Of a stretch of DNA of 64,000 bases, positions 22,152-32,100 are shown piece by piece. The stretch covers positions 462,800-526,799 of the forward strand of contig CBDBZY010000016.1 in NCBI GenBank assembly GCA_965213685.1, in the 5' to 3' direction. Made by a program: the position numbers and the translations under genes. The first letter of the stretch is position 1. Each line of letters starts with the position of its first letter. The stretch is from a bacterium. Lineage in GTDB: Bacteria; UBA8248. The notes beneath the pieces are model-generated. The model saw only the letters and a list, made by a program, of their open reading frames with translations. It had not been told where the DNA came from and did not search any database.

Positions 22152-25100
22152 ATGACGTCTGAGAGGTTGTTCTGGCTCTTGTTGGCGATTATGCTGCATA
22201 GTGCCCTCTCCTTTGCTCACTATGAACACACAGTGTATGTGGACTATAGCAATCCCAATGCCACTGATGATGCCACTTGTGGAAGCCACACCCACCCTTG
22301 TTGTACCTTCTCCTATGCTGTGAGTGAGCGAGTGCTGAACTCCACTCAGGTGGTGGTCAGCAGTGGAAACTACTTACTGAACCACACGATCAGCTTGTCT
22401 GGACTTACCAATATAGCCCTGACTGGTGTCGACCCATTTGTAAATGGGTCATCCCAACCTGTGGTGATAGTGACCTGTGAATCAGGGGCAGGCCTCAGCT
22501 TTGTCCACTCCAGTGACATCACTATCCAGAATGTGCACTTCTCTGGCTGTGGGGCTCTGCAGAACAGCACGAGCCGTAACTTCAGCGACCACAGCTTCTC
22601 CTTCATGCAGTTTCCTGTGGGCGTGTACTTCCTGTTCTGTCAGCACATCAACCTGACTGGAGTGAGTGTCACCAACAGCACAGGGACAGGAATGGCCGTG
22701 TATGCTACTGGTGGACTCAACTACATCCACAACTGCAGTTTCCTCTATAACAGACCCCCCAACAATGAAATGGTTCCTAGTGGAGGGGGTCTATACATCG
22801 AATTTCCCTTCTGCGACCCCCAACTCCTTAGTGACTGTGACGCAGGCAACACCTCCATCCCCCCACAGTACAGCACAGGAGTGGAGTACAGGATCAGTGA
22901 GTGTGTGTTTGGGGGCAATCGTGGGCACATGTGGCACCCAGTGGAGTACATCTACCTCCTGCCCCAGGACACGAACCACCTGACATTCGGTCACGGAGGA
23001 GGCCTGAGTGTGTTCTTCAGTGAAGTTGAGAACAGCTCAGTGGCAGTGGAAAGGTGTGTGTTTGAGAACAATGAGGCAGAGTGGGGAGGAGGAGTGTTTG
23101 TGGATTTTCAGGAGCTGAGCAGAAGCAACCATTTCTCAATATCTTCCTCAGTCATCCGAAACAACACCTCTTTCTTCAAGAAGGAGAGCTATTCCACGCA
23201 GACCACAGGAGGTGGTGGTATGAGATTGGAGTACATGTTCACCGATGACTCAGAAATGGAGAACAACAGTATAGTGGTCGATAGCTGCCTGTTCCAACAC
23301 AACAGAGCATACTGGGGAGGCGGGGTGTCCTTCAGCACTGCCCGTGAGAGAAGGCACAGCACGGCCTCAAACTCCCTCACATTTTGTAACTGTACTTGGG
23401 ACTCAAACTATGGGAGGACTGGCAGTGCCATTGACCTCTCCATTTGGAACAAGGCGTCAGAAGGAGCCACCGTGACTCCTGTATTCAGCGACTGTGCCTT
23501 CGTCAACAATAACGACAACAATACTAATTATAGTAACGTTATTGGTGACATCATTGGAGTGGGTACTTTGTATACAAGTTGCGTGTCAATCATATTCGAG
23601 CACTCTGTTGTTTTCGAGGACAACAACTCCTCCGCTCTGGCATCTGTTGATGCTTCGCTCGATTTCATGGACCACTGTGATGCAATTTTCTACAGGAACA
23701 GTGGCAGAAGTGGTGGTGCCATATCTCTATTTGGGTCGGCCTATATCAAAGTGCACAACTACACGAACATGCAGTTTATTAACAACTCTGCATCACAGTA
23801 TGGAGGGGCCATCCACTGCTACGCCATTGATCAACACACACTTGCCATGTTTGGCAATTGCTTCATCCAGTATCAAGATATCCTCACTGAGCCATGGAAC
23901 TGGACAGCTAGGTTCTTCTTCAAAGGAAACACGGCCACCTACAACGGAGGAAGGAACTCAATCTCGGCCGTGTCTCTGTACCCCTGTCTCTGGGACTACT
24001 ATAGCATGCAGCCTTCAACGCAAGTCCCCAGTCCATCCCAGCAGCTGTTCTGCTGGAATGAGAACTGGGTGTACGACGAAGGCTCCTGCGAGGACGAGAT
24101 ATCCAGTGCACCAGCTGCTTTCAACACCTCAAAGAACGGCTCGAGACACATGGAGCTCATTCTGGGGAGGCCCCAGGCAATGCCAGTGGAGGTTCTTGAC
24201 GATAAGGGAGTCAATGTGAGTGAGCGTGTCGTATACACTGCACGCTCCCTGACCCCTGACCTTGCCCAAGTGCCTAATAACTCATTCTACATATCTGATA
24301 GTGCTTTGAATTTGGTGGGGATTCCCAACAGCACAGCTGCTATTCAGCTCGAGACTCTTGGCCCCCGGGTGCTGACCTGGGAGCTAGACGTCACTGTCCT
24401 CCCCTGTCCCCCAGGGTTTGCCCCCCAGACTTCTGAAAATTCCTCCCTGGCCAAGTGTGTGTGTGATGAGAGTTATGGAGGGAGAGTGAAGTGTAACGAG
24501 GCTTCCTTTACTGCCAAGTTGCAACGAGGGCATTGGATGGGAGTGGACTCTAGTTTGGAAGGGGATCTCTCTAAGCAGCTTCTGGTTGGTATGAGTCCTT
24601 ACACAGCTAGTGCTATGGACTCACAGTATGTTGAGCTGCCAAACAAGACGGCGGATCTCGACGGACAGTTGTGTGAGCCAGTGGGGAGGGAGGGGATTAT
24701 GTGTGGTCGCTGTCGCCAAGGTTACGGTCTGGCTGTGAACACTAAACAAATCCAGTGTGTGCGATGCTCGGACAGCCAAGCCCACTACATGTGGGTCTTT
24801 TACATCCTCTCCCAATTACTGCCCATCACAATAATGTTCCTGATATTTGTCCTACTTCACGTCAGCACCACCACTGGCCCTGCCAATGCCTTCATTTTAT
24901 TTGCACAGCTCTTGACAACCACTTTCAGCATTGAAGGAGACGAAACAGTCCACATAGACAGCGTCACCTCACACTACGATGCGCTGCAAAAAGCCTACAC
25001 CATTCCCTACGATATCTGGAACCTCAATTTCTTCTTCTTCCCGCCCACCTGCCTCAGCCCCCACCTCAGCACTCAAGCATTCTTATCGCTAGACTTCCTC

Positions 25101-26471
25101 GTGGCGGCCTATCCTCTCATTCTCATTGCCCTCTTCTATGGTGTGGTCTCTCTCTATGATCGAGGTATCCAACCTGTTTACTGCCTGTGTCGTCCCCTGC
25201 ATAACCTGTTTGCCCGGTTTCAACACCAGTGGAACCTCCAACACTCAACCATTGACGCCTTTGCGACATTTCTTGTTCTCTCCTACAATAAGTTCACCGT
25301 GACCTCTGTGTACCTCCTGACCTCTGACCCCTTGGTGGACAGCTTGGACAAAACAGTGACCAATGTGTTGTACCTTGATGGCAATGTCCATTTCCTTAGC
25401 AACGAACACCTTCCCTACTTCTTCCTAGCTCTCTGCATTCTTCTGACCATAGTGACACTGCCTCCTCTCCTCCTCCTCGTCTACCCACTCAGACTGATTC
25501 AGAGGTTGTCAAACTGGTTTGGCTGCAAGAAAACCTGTTGTAAGATCAACACTGGCGGCCGAATGCAGATGTTCCTCGACACATTCCAAGGCTGCTTCAA
25601 GGACGGCACCAATGGGACAAGAGACTACAGATACTTTGCTGGTGTCTACTTCATCCTTCGCATCCTCTTCTTCACACTCTATGCCTACACAGGTATGTGG
25701 ATACGGCAGTACTTCATACAGCAGCTGTTCTGCACAGTGGCTGTGCTTCTCTTCGCAGTGTTCAGACCTTACAAAAAGGACTTCTACAATAACCTCGATG
25801 CGACCATATTTGGTGTGTTAGCCCTCATTAACGCTGTGAGTATGTACAACATATACTTCACATCGCTGGATCAGCCTGCGTCCAAATGGGCTTTTGCCAT
25901 ACAATATATCCTGATATTCTGTCCTCTGGTGTACATGGTGGTATATGTCATGTGGGCAGTGATCAAGAACAATCGGCAGAAGCTGAAGAAATTTTTCCGT
26001 TTTGGATCCGTTGATGAGAATACTACGCTTCTCTCTAGTCACCATGACGACGGCAGTTTGGATGCTGAGTTTCTGGCATTTGCAGCTGTTATGGATGATC
26101 AGTCACACCAGGTTATTCACATCACACCACCAAGGGGGCGTAACACAGGGAGAAATTCTGGTCCCCAGGGGGCCGGCTTGGATCTGTCCACTAGCCCAAC
26201 TTCGTCTCGTGGCACTTCTGGTGTCATTCGTATCCATGACTACAGCTACGAGAGGAATGAGGGAGGGAGGAGGTCAGAGGGCGAGCACAGGACTGACCAC
26301 CTCACAGAGGGAGAGGGACAGGGCAGTGGAAGGGAAGAAGAGAGGGGAGAGAGAGGTGGGACGGAGGGCAGAGGAGGGAGGGGGGACAGTGAGGTCGGTC
26401 CATCAAGAGATGGCCACCATCAACACAGGGACAGGCAGGACATAGATGAAGACCACATCCATGACAACTAA
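22152..26471 (+). CDS. Pmp-like beta-helix multi-pass membrane protein, paralog 5
   Basis: ATG at 22152 (gccATGa) after the acceptor ttatcctgctag. Same architecture, with a divergent mid-ectodomain and a Gly/Arg/Glu-rich tail. Confidence 0.92.
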   Translation: MTSERLFWLLLAIMLHSALSFAHYEHTVYVDYSNPNATDDATCGSHTHPCCTFSYAVSERVLNSTQVVVSSGNYLLNHTISLSGLTNIALTGVDPFVNGSSQPVVIVTCESGAGLSFVHSSDITIQNVHFSGCGALQNSTSRNFSDHSFSFMQFPVGVYFLFCQHINLTGVSVTNSTGTGMAVYATGGLNYIHNCSFLYNRPPNNEMVPSGGGLYIEFPFCDPQLLSDCDAGNTSIPPQYSTGVEYRISECVFGGNRGHMWHPVEYIYLLPQDTNHLTFGHGGGLSVFFSEVENSSVAVERCVFENNEAEWGGGVFVDFQELSRSNHFSISSSVIRNNTSFFKKESYSTQTTGGGGMRLEYMFTDDSEMENNSIVVDSCLFQHNRAYWGGGVSFSTARERRHSTASNSLTFCNCTWDSNYGRTGSAIDLSIWNKASEGATVTPVFSDCAFVNNNDNNTNYSNVIGDIIGVGTLYTSCVSIIFEHSVVFEDNNSSALASVDASLDFMDHCDAIFYRNSGRSGGAISLFGSAYIKVHNYTNMQFINNSASQYGGAIHCYAIDQHTLAMFGNCFIQYQDILTEPWNWTARFFFKGNTATYNGGRNSISAVSLYPCLWDYYSMQPSTQVPSPSQQLFCWNENWVYDEGSCEDEISSAPAAFNTSKNGSRHMELILGRPQAMPVEVLDDKGVNVSERVVYTARSLTPDLAQVPNNSFYISDSALNLVGIPNSTAAIQLETLGPRVLTWELDVTVLPCPPGFAPQTSENSSLAKCVCDESYGGRVKCNEASFTAKLQRGHWMGVDSSLEGDLSKQLLVGMSPYTASAMDSQYVELPNKTADLDGQLCEPVGREGIMCGRCRQGYGLAVNTKQIQCVRCSDSQAHYMWVFYILSQLLPITIMFLIFVLLHVSTTTGPANAFILFAQLLTTTFSIEGDETVHIDSVTSHYDALQKAYTIPYDIWNLNFFFFPPTCLSPHLSTQAFLSLDFLVAAYPLILIALFYGVVSLYDRGIQPVYCLCRPLHNLFARFQHQWNLQHSTIDAFATFLVLSYNKFTVTSVYLLTSDPLVDSLDKTVTNVLYLDGNVHFLSNEHLPYFFLALCILLTIVTLPPLLLLVYPLRLIQRLSNWFGCKKTCCKINTGGRMQMFLDTFQGCFKDGTNGTRDYRYFAGVYFILRILFFTLYAYTGMWIRQYFIQQLFCTVAVLLFAVFRPYKKDFYNNLDATIFGVLALINAVSMYNIYFTSLDQPASKWAFAIQYILIFCPLVYMVVYVMWAVIKNNRQKLKKFFRFGSVDENTTLLSSHHDDGSLDAEFLAFAAVMDDQSHQVIHITPPRGRNTGRNSGPQGAGLDLSTSPTSSRGTSGVIRIHDYSYERNEGGRRSEGEHRTDHLTEGEGQGSGREEERGERGGTEGRGGRGDSEVGPSRDGHHQHRDRQDIDEDHIHDN

Positions 26472-26628
26472 CAAGCTACTACATCTAGCATGATAGCATG
26501 GAATGACTCCACTACTGCAGAGTACTACTCTGTACCACATGTATAGTGCTCTATTTGAAGGTATTTTCATTTTACTTTATGTATACAGTGGTATTGTAGC
26601 TATGGCCAATGTATATACTGTGTGTGAA

Positions 26629-26845
26629 TTTATATGGCAGTACAAAGTGAAAATTCAGTGATAATTAATATAGTAGTGATGAGCATGCACAGTATGGTAG
26701 TGGGTGTGGTCACAGTATGGCAGTGGGTGTGGTCACATATTCTCCTGATGATGGTGTTCTGCAGTTTGACAATTAACGTTCTTGGCTTGCAGTAGGAGGG
26801 GTAGGTCCAATGGTGTGACTGCTGCAGACAATGCATCCTAGGGAG
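26629..26845 (-). pseudogene. Degenerate duplicate of the CLYBL last exon and 3' UTR
   Basis: Minus strand reads DLPLLLQAKN after a cctag acceptor, versus DLPLLLQAEN in the CLYBL last exon. It shares TGCAGTTTGACAAT, GGGTGTGGTCA and TATGGCAGTACAAA with 33951-34118 and carries indels. Confidence 0.7.
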
Positions 26846-26996
26846 GGGAAGTGAGGGGAGGTGCTTAGAGAGGGTACATACTATTCCCAGTACATGGCAA
26901 CCAGATTTGTAGCCCAGGGAGCCATTAAGATGAAAGTTTAAGCTTATGAAATGTGAGCAGCTAACAGTTGTGCACGGCTTACATCATAGTTATAGT

Positions 26997-28315
26997 CGCT
27001 GATGCTGCAAGGTATATATACCGCTAATGTGCAGTCCGTGCAGTGCGGGGGAACAACCGCGTAAGGTCGGCTAACATTACGGGAAATTTATGCACGTTGT
27101 GGGCACGAGTAGCGGCCGCTGATGCTGCACGGTATATAGAGTAAGTTATCGATGATCGGACGCCATCTATTTTCGGACGCATTTGCGAAGTCTGTGTGTA
27201 ATTAAAGTAGTTAATTTTTGCGACAAAATGTAGTCCTGAGTCACAAACCTTTGTAGAAAAAAAATCGTTTTTATCAAAGCTTCAAGGCCTGAATTATGTG
27301 GCGATAAATGACCGTCCGAAAGTAATGCATTAGCAGACAAAAGTATCATTCTTCGGACGCCTCTTCCAAAAACTACGTAATGTAGGGGATTCTATCGAAA
27401 GTATGCTTCATACATAATGTTATCCTTTGGCTATCCAGCGAACTATAGTTTGGCTACTTTCGTCTTCATTGCTTCCCACGTCATCGCTGTAAACATGTCA
27501 AAGTCACGTAATCAATATTCGGACACAAAAAATGGATTTTGCCTTATTCCGCCTGAGACACGTAAGTAATTCTGATTCCAAAATTTTTACACATGCTGCT
27601 GGTGCTTTTACAAGAAAACTACACCACTATTTTTTGCTTTTGCAAGATTTGAAGTTTTTAGGTAATTAAATACTAAATTATTTTTTAAAAGACCAAAAAT
27701 CAAAATCAGGTATAATCAAAAAAGGTGGTGTAGGTATTCTGTACACGACCAGTAGCACCTGAAGAAAGTATTGAAAGCAGACGTTCTCGCTTGCCTTAGG
27801 TGCAAGAGAGCAAAAACCGTTCATCGTGTCCGAACATTGATTAGGTGACTTTGGTATGTTTGACGGGGATGGCGTGTGAAGCACTTAAGATGAAAATGAA
27901 CAAACTATAGTTCGCTGGATAGCCAAAGGATAACACTGTGTATGAATCATACTTTCGATAGAATCCCCTGAATTATGTAGTTTTTGGAAGAGTCGTCCGA
28001 AGAATGATACTTTTGTCCGTTAATGCATTACTTTCAGACTGTCATTTATCGCCACATAATTCAGGCCTTGAGGCTCTGATAAAGGCGAATTTTTTTCTAC
28101 AAAGGTTTGTGACTCAGGACTACATTTTGTCGCAAAAAGTAACTAGTTTAGTAACACACAGACTTCGCAAATGCGTCCGAAAATAGATGGCGTCCGATCA
28201 TCGGTAACTTACTCTATACCGCTAATGTGCAATCCGTGCACTACCGGGGAACGGCGTAAGGTCGGCTTATATTACGGGAAATTAATTCACGTTGTGGGCG
28301 CGGGTAGCGGATATA
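26997..28315. repeat. About 118-bp tandem repeat interrupted by element C
   Basis: TATACCGCTAATGTGCA..GTAAGGTCGGCT..ATTACGGGAAATT..CACGTTGTGGGC..GTAGCGG occurs at about 27017-27115 and again at 28215-28311. Confidence 0.75.
27139..28214. mobile_element. Non-autonomous DNA transposon C (about 320-bp TIRs, GAG..CTC termini, TATA TSD)
   Basis: GAGTAAGTTATCGATGATCGGACGCCATC... mirrors ...GATGGCGTCCGATCATCGGTAACTTACTC. Mirror ORFs 27167..27349(-) and 28004..28186(+) reflect the TIRs. TATA at 27135-27138 and 28215-28218. Confidence 0.88.
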
Positions 28316-29152
28316 TTACGCGCAGTGCTTTCACTTACGGCTTCCTGGAAGGCTCGTCGGCTACCCTTGCTAGCCACACTATTAGCTCTGCCTGGAGTGT
28401 GGAGCAGCTCTGCTCCATGATGTCTCTGAACTTTCACGAAAAAACCCCATAAAAAACAAGCCAGAGGTGTTATACTGCTTCCGCCCGTGGAACGCATCAG
28501 TTATATAAGATAGATATAAGTTCTGTCCAGGTTTACATCCAGGTTTACATCATAGTTTACGCTATCTATAGGGATCTGACTATCACAACCATTCCGGAAA
28601 CGTTTATTGTCCCAGCGTAAACGCGGTGAGACACACAGTCTGATACGGTACTGAAATTTGGACCAGCGCTTCCTCGAAAGAGCACAATGTGTTGAGATTG
28701 CGTGCTAGCTGTACCAATCCCAGGTAAGTGGCGCGTTGTAGTTTCAACGTCGCTGCGTATATATATAAGCTTACCACACGCTCAGTTTTGTATGATTGTG
28801 CAGATACATTGGTGACGGACTGAAATTTTATAGGTCTCAACTGGACTTGGTGAGTAGCTAGTTTACAAGGTGCAGTGCGTGCGTTCGTGTCTGCACGCTG
28901 CGTGATACTTCTTCACACTGCAGGTGAGTTCAGTTCAGGTATAAGTAGCACTGTTTGTGTATATCCATTGCCTGTATTTGGTCGCCCTTTGTATGTGCTT
29001 CTATTGTCTATTTGTACGCAAGCAGGTATAAGTAGCACACACCACGCAGAGCAAAGCATGTAATAGGGACCACTTTATATGGCGACATTAACAAATTGTT
29101 GGTGCATTGTGTGTCAGCGTTTCTCTTGTTTGTTATTCTGCTAGACAAAGCC

Positions 29153-32100
29153 ATGGCATCTGAGAGGTTGTTCTGGCTGCTGGTGGCAGCTGTGCTGCAT
29201 AGTGCCCTCTCCTTTGCTCACTATGACCACACAGTGTATGTGGACTGTAGCAACACCAATGCCACTGACAATGCCACTTGTGGAAGCCACACCCACCCTT
29301 GTCGTACCTTCTCCTATGCTGTGAGTGAGCGAGTGCTGAACTCCACTCAGGTGGTGGTCAGCAGTGGAGACTACTCACTGAACCACACAATCAGCTTGTC
29401 TGGACTTACCAATATAGCCCTGACTGGTGTTGACCCATTTGTAAATGGGTCATCCCAAGCTGTGGTGACAGTGACATGTGAATCTGGGGCAGGCCTCAGC
29501 TTTGTCCAGTCCAGTGGCATCACTATCCAGAATGTGCACTTCTGTGGCTGTGGGGCTCTGCAGAATAGCACGAGCCGTAACTTCAGTGACCACAGCTTCT
29601 CCTTCATGCAGTTTCCTGTGGGCGTGTACTTCCTGTTCTGTCAGCACATCAACCTGACTGGAGTGAGTGTCACCAACAGCACAGGGACAGGAATGGCTGT
29701 GTATGCTACTGGTGGACTCAACTACATCCACAACTGCACTTTCCTAGAAAATAAGCCATCAAGGTTTGGTGGGGGAGGTCTCTATGTCGAGTTTCCCTAC
29801 TGTTCACCCACAAATCAAACGGGTTGTACCACTATCCAGGATAATGAATATAACTCTAATGCATCCTACACTATATCCGAATCATTGTTCAGTGGGAACG
29901 TTGCACTAGAACCAGAGGCAAGCATTCATGAAAGCCAGTACAATTTTCTGCCCCTTGACCCCCACTATCACAACACTGCAGGGCATGGTGGTGGTATAGC
30001 ACTGTACCTGTGCAGGGCAAATGACATCGTTATATCACTCACTGAGTGTAAGATAGAGCATAACAAGGCCTACTTTGGTGGCGGTATTGTAGTAAGTTTT
30101 GAGGAGTACAGTGTAGATACTAGAGTGAATATAGTCAGCAGCACTATCAGTGACAACCACTGTGTATACCGCAGTGCCTTTGGTGGCTCTGGTGGAGGAA
30201 TGATGGTACTTTTCAAGTTCTCCTACCAAGCAAGCCACACACACAACAGTATGTCTGTGAGCCACTCTCACTTTACCAAAAACACAGCATATTTTGGAGG
30301 GGGATCTGTCGTCAAAGCATCTCCCGAGATGGAACAGACTGACCCGACAAACAGTGTGTACTTCAATGAGTGTGTCTGGAGTGGGAATTATGGGACAGTG
30401 GGAGCTGCTCTGTTAGCCTCAGCCTACAACATATCTGCCAAAAGAGGTGCCCTATTGAAACCTGTTTTTGAGAGCTGCACTTTTGAGAACAATACTGGGG
30501 ACATCCCTGGCATTGTTACAGCAGATTATCTTCCAATTGCATTCAGTACTAATGTTAAGTTTTTTCATAATGGAAACAGTTCTCAGGCTTCTTCCCCCCT
30601 CACTATTGACCAAACCAGTGTAGATTTCTTAGAGAACTGCCAGGCTACCTTCCATCACAACAAGGCAGCGTATGGCGGTGCCATATCACTTCATGGACAT
30701 GCCTTCATGACAGTGCATAGAAATACTTCTCTGACCTTCTCACACAACTACGCACAGCGAGCAGGTGGAGCAATTTACCAGAATCCTACCAGCACTGGAC
30801 TCCTGAGTAATGGACACTGTTTCGTGCAGTATATGGATGGTTCTGTACATCCCAAAGACTGGGAAACCAACTTTGTATTTGATTTTAATCGAGAAAATGT
30901 TCATACTTCTGACCCTGAGTGCAATGCAATGGTACTGGGCTCACTGATTCCATGCATTTGGAATGGCTACACATACAGTCGATCTCAGAATGAGACGGTC
31001 TTGAGCAAAGTGTTCTGCAAGGATCGCAACAACTGGACTTTTCGGTCAAACTCTACCAATTGTGGCTGTAGCAATCAGACACGAACCTTACCTAACAGGA
31101 TCATGGCAAATATTTCATTGAATGTAATTCCTGGACTTCGCAGTCCTCTCAACATAACACTGCTCGATGACTACAGCAAAAATGTGACAAAATATGCAGT
31201 ACTGAATGTGTGGCCTGCCACTAACAGTTCCATAAGCTTACCTCCAAACTCCTTTTATATAACCGATAATTCTCTAGTAATGTATGGTGAAAGCATGAAT
31301 AATGGAACATTGGATGTTGACACTCTGCCTCCTCGCCATCTCTTTGCCTCTGTTCCTGTTCATTTCCAGCAGTGCCCACCTGGCTTTGTGCAGACCAATA
31401 AGGATGGACACAGACCGACCTACTCCAGTGTAGACCTCTCCCAGAATGTGCGCGAGCTGGCCAAGTGTGTGTGTGATGAGAGTTATGGAGGGAGGGTGAA
31501 GTGTAGTGAGGCTGCCTTTACTGCCAAGTTGCAACGAGGGCTCTGGATGGGAGTGGACCCTAGTTTGGGAGGGGATCTCTCTAAGCAGCTTCTGGTTTGT
31601 ATAAGTCCTTACACAGCTAGTGCTATGGACTCACAGTATGTTGAGCTGCCAAACAATACGGCGGATCTCGACAAGCTGCTATGTCAGCCAGTAGGGAGGG
31701 AGGGGATTATGTGTGGTCGCTGTCGCCAAGGTTATGGTCTGGCTGTGAACACTAAACAAATCCAGTGTGTGCGATGCTCGGACAACCAAGCTTACTACAT
31801 GTGGGTCTTTTATATCCTCTCCCAATTACTGCCCATCACAATAATGTTCCTGATATTCGTCCTACTTAATGTCAGCACCACCACTGGCCCAGCTAATGCC
31901 TTCATTTTATTTGCACAGCTCTTGACAACAGCATTAGACATTGAAGGTGATGGAACAGTCCACGTGGACAGCATCACCTCACACTACGATGCGCTGGAAC
32001 AAGCCTACATCATTCCCTATGATATCTGGAACCTCAACTTCTTCTTCTTCCCACCCACCTGCCTCAGCCCCTACCTCAGCACTCAAGCATTCTTATCGCT

